A DNA stretch of 64,000 nucleotides from Candidatus Bathyarchaeota archaeon. GTDB lineage: Archaea > Thermoproteota > Bathyarchaeia > Bathyarchaeales > Bathycorpusculaceae. The notes beneath the pieces were generated by a model. That model did no database searches, was not told where the DNA came from, and saw only the letters and a list, made by a program, of their open reading frames with translations. Position numbers and translations under genes: made by a program. The DNA is taken from the NCBI GenBank assembly GCA_963767735.1, contig CAVYES010000002.1, forward strand, positions 1 through 64,000, in the 5' to 3' direction. The stretch's first letter is position 1; the number at the start of each line of letters is the position of its first letter. This document shows, one piece after another, positions 9,840 through 21,858 of the stretch.

Positions 9840-12656
9840 ATGGAGTGCCAAAGTTTGAAGCAGTTTACGGCAGCAGATTATGATCTTCCATTCTTTAGGC
9901 AGGAAGGTTTCGTTAGGAAGCATTGTCCAAAATGCGGTGAGTGGTATTGGACCCAAAACGAGCGGCAGGAGACATGCGGCGAATCCAGCTCCGACGAATG
10001 CGGGTACTACACTTTTATCAATAATCCAGCAACCAAGAAAAGTTTCAGCCTTTCCGAGATGCGAGAGGCGTTTCTATCGTTTTTCGAGAAGAATGGGCAT
10101 ACCCGCATTAAGCCCTATCCGGTTGTGGCAAGATGGCGCAAAGACATTTACTTGACCCATGCAAGCATAATTGACTTTCAACCCTACGTGACCGAGGGGA
10201 TTTCGCCGCCTCCGGCCAACCCGCTGGTGATTTCTCAGCCCTCTATCAGGCTGACGGATATTTCTAATACTGGACCCACCTTTGGCAGGCACTTAACCAT
10301 CTTTGAGATGGGCGGAGCACACGCATTCAATTATCCAGATAAAGAGGTTTACTGGAAAGATGAAACGGTGCGTTTCCACCAGCGATTTGCCACTGAAGCT
10401 CTCGGAATAAAATCTGACGAGGTCATTTATAAGGAGGGCGTGTGGGTTGGCGGCGGCAACGCTGGCCCTGATGTGGAATGTATCGTTCGTGGGTTAGAGG
10501 TGGGCACTTTGGTTTTTATGCAGTACAAGGTCGTCGGCGACGACTTCATCGAGTTACCTATCAGAACGGTGGATACGGGTTATGGCATTGATAGGTTTGC
10601 ATGGATTAGTCAGGGAGTAACAAACGCGTTTCAGGCGATTTATGGCAAAATGCTTGACAAAATCTACGCTATAGCTGGGATAACTAACATTGACAACGAC
10701 TTCTTAGCTCGTGTGGCGAAGTATTCTGGTTTGGTCAGCGTTGACAAAACAGCGAACAGGATGGTCACCCGTAGGCGTGTAGCTGAACTTACAGAGATAG
10801 ATTTGCAGACACTTGAAAAAGTGCTAGTTCCCATCGAGAATGCTTGGGCAGTAACCGACCATACCAAAACCTTGAGCTTCATGCTCTCCGAAGGCGTAGT
10901 TCCATCAAATATTCAGGAAGGCTACTTGGCGAGGCTGCTGTTCCGCAGAGTTTACCGTTTAATGCGAACCCTAAACATGGACCCAGCAAAACTCTACGAC
11001 ATCGTGGACATGCAGGTTGATTACTGGTCCAAAGATTTCCCGCATATTAAAGAAATGCAAAGCGAAATTATCGAGATGCTCAAAGTTGAGGAGGAAAAAT
11101 TCAAAGAAACTCTGTTGCGCGGAGAAGGCATGGTTAAACGAATCGCAGGCGAGCTAAAATCTAAGGGCACAAGCAAACTACCCATGGATACCCTTACTGA
11201 ACTCTACGATTCACACGGCCTCCCCCCAGAAATCGTTAAGCAAGCGGCTGAAAAAGAAGGCGTGCAAGTGGAGCTTCCTGAAAACTTTTACACGTTAATT
11301 GCTCAACGACACATGCAAGCAACCAAACCGGCTGAAGAAGAGGAAAGCCAAGCTGAAGAAACGCTTGAGAAAATTGCTGAGCAATTGCCAGCAACAGAGC
11401 AATTGTACTACGTTGACACGTATATGCGTGAGTTCGACGCTAAAGTCCTCAAAATAATCAGCGACAAGTACATCGTGTTGGACCGCACATGCTTTTATCC
11501 TGAAGGTGGCGGGCAACCAGCCGACCACGGATGGCTAAGCATCGGCGCCCAAAAGTTTGGCGTGATTGACACCCAAAAGATAGGCAAAGTCATAGTGCAC
11601 AAACTCGGCTTATCACCAACGTTCAAGGAAGGCGACACGGTTCACGGAGTTCTCGACTGGGATAGGCGTTACTCGCTGATGAAGGCGCATACGGTTACGC
11701 ACTTGATTAATGGAGCTGCAAGACGAGTGCTGGGCGAGCATGTTTGGCAGTCGGGCACGCAGAAAGGCTTGGAAACTTCACGGCTCGACATCACACACTA
11801 CCGAAGGCTCAGTCCTGAAGAGGTTCATAAAATCGAGTTATTGGCTAACGGGGCAATTGCAGCTAACATGAAGATTGAAACGAACTGGTATCCGCGAAAT
11901 GAGGCAGAAGCACGCTACGGCTTCAGGCTCTACCAAGGCGGGGCAGTCCCAGGCAAAGACATCCGCGTTGTAAAGACGGGAGATTGGGATGTTGAAGCCT
12001 GCGCCGGAACGCATCTTGGCAGCTCTTTGGAAGTTGGTTTTGTGAAAATTGTCTACACTGAACGTGTGCAAGACGGAGTCGAACGTTTAGGTTACGCGGT
12101 TGGGTTGGAAGCGTTGAAAGCAGTGCAAAAACAGGAAAGCCTGCTTTGGAAAGTTTCAGAAGTGTTGATGGCTCCTGTGGACAAGCTGGATAAGGCGGCT
12201 GAGAAAATCGTGAAAGAACTTAAGGAAACCAATGTTGATAAGCGCAGACTAATCAAAGAACTGGCAGAGAAAGAAAGCGAAGCTGGGCAGACAAAAGCCT
12301 GTGAGGCAACCGTTGAAGCGGACGGCGTAGCCATTGTCAAACGGGACTTCGGAGAAGTTATCGACGTTAACCGAATGATACAAACAGCAACTGAAACGAT
12401 TAAGCACAACGACGCAACGGTGACGCTGTTTTATGGTTCTGACGGAAAAACCTGCAGACTAATGGTCATGGCTGGAGAAACTGCCGTCCAGAAAGGCGTG
12501 AACGCAGACAACATAGTGAAAGAGGGTGCGCCGATCTTCGGCGGCGGAGGCGGCGGCAGAGCGAACTTTGCACAAGGCGGCGGAACACAACCTGACAAAC
12601 TGATGGAAGCGGTAAAAGCTGCTGAGGAAGCAATTAAAAAACAGGTACAAAAATAA
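9840..12656 (+). CDS. alaS: alanine--tRNA ligase (archaeal type)
   Basis: N-terminal CxxC, YPVVARWR, VDTGYG.DR, editing HT.THL and ACAGTH motifs, C-Ala GGGGG..FAQGG. Confidence 0.98.
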   Translation: MECQSLKQFTAADYDLPFFRQEGFVRKHCPKCGEWYWTQNERQETCGESSSDECGYYTFINNPATKKSFSLSEMREAFLSFFEKNGHTRIKPYPVVARWRKDIYLTHASIIDFQPYVTEGISPPPANPLVISQPSIRLTDISNTGPTFGRHLTIFEMGGAHAFNYPDKEVYWKDETVRFHQRFATEALGIKSDEVIYKEGVWVGGGNAGPDVECIVRGLEVGTLVFMQYKVVGDDFIELPIRTVDTGYGIDRFAWISQGVTNAFQAIYGKMLDKIYAIAGITNIDNDFLARVAKYSGLVSVDKTANRMVTRRRVAELTEIDLQTLEKVLVPIENAWAVTDHTKTLSFMLSEGVVPSNIQEGYLARLLFRRVYRLMRTLNMDPAKLYDIVDMQVDYWSKDFPHIKEMQSEIIEMLKVEEEKFKETLLRGEGMVKRIAGELKSKGTSKLPMDTLTELYDSHGLPPEIVKQAAEKEGVQVELPENFYTLIAQRHMQATKPAEEEESQAEETLEKIAEQLPATEQLYYVDTYMREFDAKVLKIISDKYIVLDRTCFYPEGGGQPADHGWLSIGAQKFGVIDTQKIGKVIVHKLGLSPTFKEGDTVHGVLDWDRRYSLMKAHTVTHLINGAARRVLGEHVWQSGTQKGLETSRLDITHYRRLSPEEVHKIELLANGAIAANMKIETNWYPRNEAEARYGFRLYQGGAVPGKDIRVVKTGDWDVEACAGTHLGSSLEVGFVKIVYTERVQDGVERLGYAVGLEALKAVQKQESLLWKVSEVLMAPVDKLDKAAEKIVKELKETNVDKRRLIKELAEKESEAGQTKACEATVEADGVAIVKRDFGEVIDVNRMIQTATETIKHNDATVTLFYGSDGKTCRLMVMAGETAVQKGVNADNIVKEGAPIFGGGGGGRANFAQGGGTQPDKLMEAVKAAEEAIKKQVQK

Positions 12657-12891
12657 TGCTTTAAAAAATAATAATTTTCTATTCGATAAATTTGACTTCT
12701 TTAAAACCTTTGAGATGCTTATCGCTTGTTACTATTTGAGCTTTAAAAGCCCCTTGCCATAGCAACAATTAACGAGTCTGCCATTCCCAAGTTTTTTCGT
12801 GGAAGAAGACGACCGAAAAGACAGAGAAATTAGTTGGAGAAGTACTGAAAAATCGGTTGAAATATTAAGTGCTAACACAAATCCTGGTTCT

Positions 12892-13360
12892 TCAATAGGG
12901 AGAAATATCCACTTTATCCCACTCAAAGCCGATAGATATGTGGTATTCGCTAGTTCTGAATTTTGAAAGAAGCTGGCGCAAAATAGTTATCGCGTCTCCC
13001 TCGTTGCCCTTGTCGCAGACCATAACTGCAACAATATTATGAACCCCATAAGATTTCCAAAGGAGCTTGATGTGGGGCAGTTGGCAGAGGGCTTCAATGA
13101 CTTTTTCCGTATCATCGTAAGCGACCGCCATGCCTATGCAAATAGCTGAAAGCTCGAGGGCTTTATAATTGGGTATTGCCATAATTTTCTTTTCGATAAC
13201 GTTGTTTTTTCTCGAGTTTCTCTATTCTTCTGTAGACCGTTCCCCTTGTAACATTTAGGATTTTAGCCAAATCATCATAAGAATTAATTCCGCTGCAAAT
13301 TTCATGGAGAACCTTCTTGTCCAATTCATCCAAAACAATTGACAAATGACACCCACCCAT
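12892..13360 (-). CDS. Lrp/AsnC-family transcriptional regulator, frameshifted in an A-run near 13205
   Basis: HTH half (LDELDKKVL...TVYRRIEKLE) in ORF 13163-13360 and RAM half in ORF 12892-13182. Confidence 0.8.
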
Positions 13361-13466
13361 GTTTATATTTACGGTAAGTTACTTAAAAGATATTGCATTT
13401 CACCCTCAGATTGGTTCAATTGAATAAGGAAAAGATTTAAGCAAAAAAAAGCGATTTTTCTGTGAT

Positions 13467-14069
13467 ATGCGTTCTGTAAAGCGCCTAAAAAACGCGGTTT
13501 TGTGTCATGCGATAAATACTAATTGTACATTGGTGTTTAAGTTTGAAGAAAGGCGGTTTGGAACGACAAAAAACTTCCAGGAGAAACATAATCCTTCCTC
13601 CGAGCATGGAATCTTAATCGAAGAAAAAGAAAAGATTCGAAGGGACGATTTTATTAAACAGGGGTCTCTGCATATTTTGCATGTTGATGGTGACGCCGCT
13701 TTTCTGCGTGTTTCGAAGTTGATTTTGGAGTTAGAAAACAAGTTTGAGATCGACACAGCAACTTCGGTTGATGAAGCTTTTTGCAAATTGAAAACGTTGC
13801 CTTATGATGTGATAGTCTGTGAGTACGCTTTGCCTCGGAAAAACGGTTTAGATTTTTTGAAGGAGCTCAGGGAACAAAAAAATGATGTTGCATTCATCAT
13901 TTTCACTGGTAGTGGCACAGAAGAAGTTGTCATTAGAGCAATAAACCTTCGCGCGGATTACTACATTGCCAAGACCGAGTCTTCCCAAGCGGGTTACCGT
14001 CAATTGACGGATGCAATTTACAAGATTGTTGAACAAAAGAAAGAATTGAGCTCTAAAAGTTGGAAATAG
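13467..14069 (+). CDS. single-domain response regulator receiver (atypical); true start probably downstream
   Basis: HILHVDGD...YDVIVCEYALPRKNGLDFL...FIIFTG...ADYYIAK receiver pattern. Confidence 0.8.
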   Translation: MRSVKRLKNAVLCHAINTNCTLVFKFEERRFGTTKNFQEKHNPSSEHGILIEEKEKIRRDDFIKQGSLHILHVDGDAAFLRVSKLILELENKFEIDTATSVDEAFCKLKTLPYDVIVCEYALPRKNGLDFLKELREQKNDVAFIIFTGSGTEEVVIRAINLRADYYIAKTESSQAGYRQLTDAIYKIVEQKKELSSKSWK

Positions 14070-14305
14070 CTTGCTGCGTAAAGGCTATCGAACGGTCCGT
14101 ATAACCGATAACGTCTATGGTTACCTCCAGAAGCAGGCTAAAGAAACTTACCACATATAGCAGAATAAATCAATCACTAATTGAAAAAAACAATAGGGCA
14201 AAAGAAGATAAATAGGTCTAATTGTCTTCCAAATCCTTTTTAGGACAGAAAAATTTTATTGTTAGATTGTGGCATTGCTTTTGAATACGAGGGATGTAAC
14301 GAGTT

Positions 14306-14839
14306 ATGGCTGATGAGCAAGAGGATCAGGCTGTTAACCGGCTAGAGCAGCTTCTAGATGGCGAGAAGAAGCGTGCAGAAGATTATTTGACTAGACTGAG
14401 TTATTTACAGGCCGACCTCGAGAACTTTAAGAAGAGGTTTGATAGGGAAACAGAGCAGATAAAAAATTACTGCACTGAACGCTTAGTCATTCAACTATTG
14501 GATGTTGTGGATGAATTGGAGTTAGCAGTTAAAAACGGTGAAATCTCAACATCGCCCGACTCCCTAATAGAAGGGGTGGAAATGACGTTAAAGAAGCTCA
14601 GAAAGGTTCTTGAGCAAGAAGGAGTTACTCCAATAGATAGCCCAGAAGGCAAAATTTTTGACCCCACACGCCATAACGCTGTTGCCGTCGTTGAGCAAGA
14701 CGATGTTGCTGACGGCACCGTGCTTGAAGAAATTAGAAAAGGCTACTTTATGAAGGGCAAAGTAATTCGACCCACCATCGTCAAAGTAGCAGTCAAACCA
14801 AAAAACAATCAAAGTAACCAAATGGAGGAAAAAAAGTAA
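14306..14839 (+). CDS. grpE: nucleotide exchange factor GrpE
   Basis: QADLENFKKR, FDP..HNAV, KGY..KGKVIRP..V.V. Confidence 0.96.
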   Translation: MADEQEDQAVNRLEQLLDGEKKRAEDYLTRLSYLQADLENFKKRFDRETEQIKNYCTERLVIQLLDVVDELELAVKNGEISTSPDSLIEGVEMTLKKLRKVLEQEGVTPIDSPEGKIFDPTRHNAVAVVEQDDVADGTVLEEIRKGYFMKGKVIRPTIVKVAVKPKNNQSNQMEEKK

Positions 14840-16771
14840 ATGAGTAATCAAAATCCAAAAACAAACCAGAAAGTATTAGGAATAGACTTGGGAACAACCA
14901 ATTCAGCAGCCGCCATATACGAAGGCGGACACCCAACGGTTATCCCAAGCGCAGAAGGCCCCACAATGGCGGGAAAAATGTTCCCCTCAGTAGTAGCCTT
15001 CACAAAAGACGGACAACTCCTGGTCGGGGAACCAGCCAAGCGCCAAGCAGCCACCAACCCAGAAGGAACAATTTTTGAAATAAAACGTAAAATGGGCACC
15101 GACTACAAGGTAAATGTTTACGGCAAAGAATATAGCCCCCAGCAAATCTCGGCGTTTATACTTCAAAAAATAAAGAAAGACGCTGAAACCTATCTTGGCG
15201 GCACAATCAACAAAGCGGTCATCACAGTTCCAGCACACTTCAACGACAACCAACGCCAAGCCACAAAAGACGCAGGAGAAATCGCAGGCTTCCAAGTCAT
15301 GCGAATAATCAACGAACCCACCGCTGCATGCCTCGCTTACGGAATAGACAAAGTCCAGCAGGAAATGAAAATTCTCGTGTTCAGTTTCGGCGGCGGCACC
15401 CATGATGTCACTGTGATGGATTTCGGCAAAGGAGTTTTCCAAGTGCTCAGTACAAGTGGCGACACTCAACTTGGCGGAACAGACGTTGACAAAGCAGTCA
15501 TGGATTACATTTTAGGCGAATTTAAACGCCAAACAGGGATAGATATTTCAAGCGACAGAATGGCAATGCCCAGGCTTAAAGATGCTGCGGAAAAAGCTAA
15601 AATTGAACTTTCAACTCTTATGAGCACCGACATCGACCTGCCCTTTCTAACAGCAGACGCTTCAGGACCAAAACACTTGCACTTAACATTAACCAGAACA
15701 AAACTTGAATCGTTAGCACAACCAATCGTCCAGCGAACGCAACCTACACTTCTTAAAGCTCTCGAAGACGCGAAACTGACGCCACAGGGAATCGACAAAA
15801 TCATCCTAATCGGCGGAATGACCCGAATGCCGCTTGTGCAGAGGTTTGTTGAGCAAATCTTAGGCAAATCGCCTGAACGTGGAATTGACCCCATGGAAAG
15901 CGTTGCTATAGGAGCAGCCATTCAAGCAGCAGTTGTCACCGGCGAAGTCACCGATTTGCTTTTGCTTGACGTTACACCATTGACGCTTGGTGTTGGAAAC
16001 CATGGGCGGCGTATTCACTAAAGTAATGGACAAAAATACGACCATTCCAACTAAGAGAAGCCAAATCTTCACCACAGCAGCAGACTTCCAAACCGCAGTC
16101 ACCATCCATGTGCTGCAAGGCGAACGTGCGATGGCAGGAGACAACGTTTCACTTGGCATGTTTAACCTCGTCGATTTGCCGCCAGCACCCCGAGGCGTTC
16201 CCCAGATAGAAGTCACTTTTGACATTGACGCCAACGGCATATTGAACGTAACAGCCAAAGATTTAGGCACAGGAAAAGAATCAAAAATACGAATAACCGC
16301 AGCCACCAAACTGTCTAAAGAAGAAAAAGATCGATTAATCAAAGACGCAGAACAGTACGCAGAGCAAGACAGAAAGAAAAAGGAAGAAGCTGAAGTCCGC
16401 AACAACGCTGACAGCCTAGTATACACGGCTGAACGGACAAAGACAGATCTTGCAGGCAAAATCAGTCAAGAAGAAGTGGGCAAAATCGACGCAGCCGTCA
16501 CAGAACTCAAAAATGCCCTCGCAAGCAATGATATGGCACAGGTGAAAACAAAATCTGACGCACTCCAGAAAGTACTGCAAGAAGTCGGAACAAAAGTTTA
16601 CCAGCAAGCAGCATCAGAATACGCAAAACAGCAGGGACAACAGCACCAGGTCAAGGACCAGAAGCAGGAGCAGGACCCCAAATGCCTCCAAGCGGCGGTC
16701 CTGAAGGTCCAGCCTCCGAAGAGCCTGGACAAGAAAGAGTAGTTGACTCAGAAGACTACAAAGTAAAATAG
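14840..16771 (+). CDS. dnaK: molecular chaperone DnaK, frameshifted near 15995 and 16650
   Basis: [29 protein letters not shown]; LLLDVTPL joins ETMGGVFTK; tail ...[12 protein letters not shown] ends at 16771. Confidence 0.96.
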
Positions 16772-16984
16772 GTCAACTCTAACCTACTCTTTTTATTTTT
16801 TTAATCTTTTTTCAGAGAAGTATCAATAACTATCCTTATAATCTTTCATCGTTTGGCTATGATCGACACGTAAAAAGTTTTTATTTTCTGAAAAAACAAA
16901 AAGAACAGGGAAATGGTATAAATTACAGTCTGTAGCATACTAAAAAGTCAATTAAAAAATGTTTAATTTAGCGGTAAAGTACTG

Positions 16985-18095
16985 ATGGCTGAAAAACGAG
17001 ATTACTATGAAGTTCTAGGCGTTCAACGTAACGCGTCAAAAGATGAAATCAAAGACGCTTACAGAAAACTAGCAATGCAGTTCCATCCAGACCGCAACAA
17101 AGACCCAGGTGCAGAAGAAAAATTTAAAGAAATCAGTGAAGCCTACGCTGTTCTATCCGATGACCAAAAAAGACAAACATACGATCAGTTGGGCCATTCA
17201 GGTTTTGACCAAAGATATCGGCAAGAAGACATTTTCAGAGGCGCCGACTTCGACTCTGTTTTTAGAGACATGGGTTTCGGCGACATTTTCCGAACTTTCT
17301 TCGGCGGGGCGGATTCGGCGGTGAAAGAAGCAACGTGAGGCCAAGACTTAGCTTATGACCTTGAAATAACCCTCGAAGAAGCTGCTAAAGGCGCCGAAAA
17401 AGAAATTGAAATCCCGCGAACCGAAAGATGCGACGTTTGCGGCGGTTCAGGCGCAGCTCCAGGCACTTCGGCTAAAGTTTGCCCCACGATGCGGCGGTTC
17501 AGGTCAAGTTCAAAATCAGCGTAGAAGCGGCTTCGGCATGTACGTGCAAGTGACTGCTTGCCCAACATGCAAAGGAAAAGGCAGACTAATTGAAACACCC
17601 TGCCCAATTGTCATGGTTCAGGGCTGGTTAGGAAACGACGAAAAATCACCGTTAAAATTCCAGCCGGGCATAGATGAAGGCAATCAGCTTAGGCTCAGAG
17701 GCGAAGGGGAAATGGCGTCCAGCGATGGCGAACCAGGCGACCTCTACGTCGTCGTCCACGTTAAGCCGAACCCGCAATTTATAAGGGAAGGAGACGACCT
17801 GTGGCACGTAGCCATGATCACTTATCCGCAAGCAGCATTAGGCGCAGAAATAAGTGTTCCCACCCTTGAAGGACCAACAACCGTCAAGATTCATCCAGGA
17901 ACACAAGTAGGCGAAGTCATAACATTGAGGGGAAAAGGCATGCCCCGTTTCAGAGCTTACGGCAGAGGCGACTTGCTCGTGCGCGTCGGCATATCGGTTC
18001 CAGAAAAACTTACGTCCCAGCAACGAGCGCTTCTTGAACAATTAGCAAAAGAATTTGACAGCGAAGTAACTAAAAGCCACAAATTCCACTTTTAA
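16985..18095 (+). CDS. dnaJ: molecular chaperone DnaJ, several frameshifts (about 17310-17660)
   Basis: J domain with HPD, G/F region, CxxCxGxG repeats spread across frames, GDLYV and GDLLV motifs. Confidence 0.95.
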
Positions 18096-18175
18096 CAATT
18101 AGCCTAAACGCATTTAGTTAAACTAAAGTAAACAATTCATTAAACAAAAAAAATAATAAAAGAATAAGAAAGAAA

Positions 18176-20136
18176 TTATTTGGCGAGCTGCTTTCGCAGT
18201 TCGTTGTATGTTGCTTTTATGTCTTCGATTGAGCCTTCGTCTTCGATTGTTGATGTGTCGCCTAGTGGTGCTCCTGTTAGTACTGCTTTGAGTAGTCTGC
18301 GCATGATTTTGCCGCTTCGGGTTTTTGGCAGCTTGTTAACGATGATTATGGCGTCTGGAGTGGCTATTGGACCAATTGTGGTTCTGATCTGCTTTATGAG
18401 TTCTGCTCGGAGTTCGTCTGACGGCGTGAATCCGCTTCGTAGAACAACAAATGCTACTGGAACTTCGCCTTTCACTGCGTCTTCTTTGCCCATTACTGCT
18501 GCTTCAGAAACTGCTGGGTGCGCGACCAATGCGCTTTCAAGCTCCACTGTTCCTATGCGGTGTCCTGCAACTTTGAGAACTTCGTCTGCTCTGCCAAGAA
18601 GCCAGAAGTAGCCTTCAGGGTCTCGGACAGCGTAGTCGCCAGAGTAGTATATTCCTGGCCATCTGCCAAAGTAAGTCTGCTTGAAGCGATCTGAGTCTTT
18701 CCAAATGGTCTGCAGCATTCCTGGCCACGGCGATTTGATTACTAGAACACCTTTGGTGCCTGCTGGTACTGGCTGTCCTTTTTCATCGTAGATGTCTGCG
18801 TTGACTGCTGGCATTGGGAAGGTTGCGCTGCCAGGTTTTAGGGGTGTGAGTTCTATGCCTGCGGTGGGGGAAATCATGAATCCGCCTGTTTCCGTTTGCC
18901 ACCAGGTGTCAATTATTGGGAGTTTTTCTTTGCCTACGACGCGGAAGTACCATTTCCATGCTTCAGGGTTTATTGGTTCGCCCACTGAGCCCAGAAGACG
19001 AAGTGTGCTCAGGTCATGTTTTGTTACGCATTCTTCGCCGAATTTCATGAACATTCTTACCGCGGTTGGTGTGCCGTAGAGGATGGTTATGCCGTGTCTT
19101 TCAATCATTTCCCACCATCGGTCTTGTCCGGGGTAATCAGGTGTGCCTTCGAAGAGAAAAGCTGTAATGCCTAGGCTTAATGGTGCGTAAACGTTGTATG
19201 TGTGCCCAGTGATCCAGCCGATGTCTGCAACACACCAATAAATGTCCTCGTCAGTTGGGTTAAAAGCCCATTTGAGCGTCCAGTAACCCCAAACAAGGTA
19301 TCCGCCTATTCCATGCTGAATACCTTTTGGTTTCCCAGTGGTTCCTGAAGTGTAGAGGATGAATAGTGGGTCGGTAGATTTCATGCTTTCTGGTTCCACG
19401 ATAGGCATCTGCACCTGCGTTTGCAAGAGCGTCATGATACCAAACATCTCTGCCCTTCCTTCATCTGAACGGGTTGACCGGTCCGTTTAACAACAATAAC
19501 TTTTTCCACATTAGGCATGTTTGGTAATCCGCGGTCTGCGTTGTCTTTAATACCGATTGGTTTGCCTCTTCGGAAAGAACCGTCCGCTGTTACAAGGATT
19601 TTTGCTCCGCAGTCATTTACTCTGTCAGCTAATGCTTCAGCGCTAAATCCAGAAAAGACAACTGTGTGGACTCCGCCGATTCTTGCTGTCGCAAGCAAAG
19701 TTATTGGCAACTCTGGAATAACAGGAAGGAAAACTGCGACGCGGTCGCCTTTTTTAACGCCGAAGTCTTTTAGTGCTTTTGCAAGTTTGTTTACTTCTCG
19801 GTAAAGTTGATAGTAACTGTAAGTTTTTACTTCGCCCATTTCGCCTTCCCAAATATAGGCAAGCTTGTTTTTACGGTTACTTTTCACATGCCGGTCTAGA
19901 GCGTTGTAGGAGATGTTTAGTTCTCCGTCAGGGAACCACTTGTAAAACGGCGGGTTCGAATCATCAAGGACCTTGCTGAATGGCTTAAACCAATCGATGG
20001 CTTTTGCTTTTTCCGCCCAATATTCCTGCGGATTCTTTATTGATGTTTCCCATTCTTGCTTTCTTTTGTCTCCATTAGAAAATTTTGCAATACTTGGACA
20101 ATATTTTTCGTCAAATGGTAAACTTGCTTCTGACAT
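18176..20136 (-). CDS. acs: AMP-forming acetyl-CoA synthetase, frameshifted near 19440
   Basis: YTSGTTGKPKG, SVGEPIN, DTWWQTETG, GRAD, PKTRSGKIMRR; N-half in ORF 19432-20187 (likely start MSEAS at 20136). Confidence 0.95.
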
Positions 20137-20230
20137 TTTGCTCAACCTAAAGTGTTGGCAAGGGTAAACTCTAACGCATATAAGCATTTAGTTATCTTAT
20201 TGAGAAAATAAAAAAAGAATTTAGTTGTTT

Positions 20231-20806
20231 TTAGCTTGTGGGATAAATTGGCAAGACCGTTTTTTGGTTGGCTTCATTTAAGACTTCAGCTAGTCCAAGA
20301 TACACCGCGCTTAAACCGCAGATGACGCCTTCGATGCCAGTGATTTTTGTAAATGTTGCGCCTCCACCGTATTGTCCAATAGCTAACATAAAGAATAGTA
20401 TAGTTAAGCTGCCGAACACGAACTGCAAAGCACGATTAGCCTTCAAAGTACCAAAGAACATGCCGAAAGTGAAGATTCCCCACATTATGAAATAAGCTGC
20501 CAACGACGCTGCAGAGGGACCAGTGAATCCAGTAAATTTAGGTAAAATCAAAAGCATCACGAAACTCCACCAGAATAAACCATAAGACAAGAACGCTACA
20601 GTACCGAAAGTGTTGCCTTTTTTGAATTCCATTACGCCAACAATTATCTGTGCTATTCCTCCATAAGCAATGCCCATAGCTAAAATCACAGAATTCAACG
20701 GAAAAGCGCCAGCGTTAGCCAAGTTTAGAAGAACGGTAGTTAATCCAAAGCCTAAGAGTCCCAGAGGTGCTGGATTCGCCAATTTTGTTAACAGATTGTC
20801 GCTCAT
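20231..20806 (-). CDS. satP: acetate uptake transporter (SatP/YaaH/GPR1-FUN34 family)
   Basis: Signature [21 protein letters not shown], six TM helices; directly upstream of acs. Confidence 0.93.
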   Translation of the reverse strand: MSDNLLTKLANPAPLGLLGFGLTTVLLNLANAGAFPLNSVILAMGIAYGGIAQIIVGVMEFKKGNTFGTVAFLSYGLFWWSFVMLLILPKFTGFTGPSAASLAAYFIMWGIFTFGMFFGTLKANRALQFVFGSLTILFFMLAIGQYGGGATFTKITGIEGVICGLSAVYLGLAEVLNEANQKTVLPIYPTS

Positions 20807-21135
20807 TTTTAGTTTTTCTCCAAGTGCTGTTTTTCCCCTTCAATCATAATGCCTTTATTTTAAAGCTTTACGGTGGTGATGACGTCTTCTAGCTTGGAGA
20901 AATGCCAATTGCTAACACGCTAAAAATTCAAAATTCTTTAAAGCTTCATCTGCTTCACGAAAAAGCAATTTTTTTGATTTCTGCCCTATTTTAACCCTTT
21001 TTTTCTTAAAGTGTCCGGTTATCTTTTCTCTGCTTTAAACCTTGTTTTATCTTTATTGTTCTGGATGTAAGATGAGTTAGCCGCAAAGTTTATTGTAATC
21101 TATAATTATACTAGAATCGTAAATTCTAGAGAGAT

Positions 21136-21849
21136 ATGATTTTTATGAAGTGGGAAACGAAAATCCAAGAAATTATACCTAGAACTGCGGATGTAGCCAG
21201 TTACAGGTTTCCTAGACCACCTGAATTAACTTACAAGCCAGGACAATACTTTTTCGTAACATTAAAACAGGGCGACAAAGAGTTAACTCACCATTTCAGT
21301 TTCAGCAGCAGCCCAACAGAAAAAGACCACTTTGAATTCACAAAAAAACTAACTGATAGCGAATTTTCAAAGGCGCTTAAAGCCGCCAAAGCAGGCGACT
21401 GGGCGCGAATAGACGCACCCTATGGACAATTCACCTTCGAGGGAGAATACCCCAAAATCGCGTTGCTTGCAGGAGGAATAGGAGTAACCCCGTTTGTGAG
21501 CATATGCAAAAACGCCACAGACAAACGCTTGAACTCAAAAATCACTCTCTTTTACGGCTGCCGAACGGAAAACGACATAGCATTCAGACAGGAACTCGAA
21601 AAAATGCAGGCAGAAGACAAAAATCTAAAAATCGTTTTCACCGTCAACGAAACAACCCCTCAATGGAGGGGCGCAGTCGGCTTAATCACTGCAGACATGA
21701 TTCAAAAGGAACTGCCTGATTACAAGGAAGCCATGTTTTATCTCTGTGGGCCGCCGCCGATGGTTACAGCGATGGAAAAACTTATCGTAAGCATCGGGTT
21801 ACAAAAGGAGAAGTTAAAACTGGAGTATTTCACAGGTTACCCACAATAG
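21136..21849 (+). CDS. FNR-family FAD/NAD(P)-binding oxidoreductase
   Basis: YKPGQY, HHFSFSS, AGGIGVTP, YLCGPPPM, terminal EYF. Confidence 0.9.
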   Translation: MIFMKWETKIQEIIPRTADVASYRFPRPPELTYKPGQYFFVTLKQGDKELTHHFSFSSSPTEKDHFEFTKKLTDSEFSKALKAAKAGDWARIDAPYGQFTFEGEYPKIALLAGGIGVTPFVSICKNATDKRLNSKITLFYGCRTENDIAFRQELEKMQAEDKNLKIVFTVNETTPQWRGAVGLITADMIQKELPDYKEAMFYLCGPPPMVTAMEKLIVSIGLQKEKLKLEYFTGYPQ

Positions 21850-21858
21850 AAGAAAATT

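Noticed and set aside
14160-14305. CIRCE or other heat-shock operator upstream of grpE
   Set aside because: No TTAGCACTC-N9-GAGTGCTAA or other clear palindrome found
14840-18095. Programmed frameshifting in dnaK/dnaJ
   Set aside because: Multiple breaks per gene, no consistent slippery motif, and the same pattern across unrelated genes
19951-19962. GGGTTCGAATC as a tRNA T-loop
   Set aside because: Inside acs coding sequence, with no cloverleaf
20874-20890. GGTGATGACGTCTTCT as a fluoride riboswitch 3' end or C/D box C motif
   Set aside because: No matching 5' GGNGATGG stem and no downstream CTGA D box
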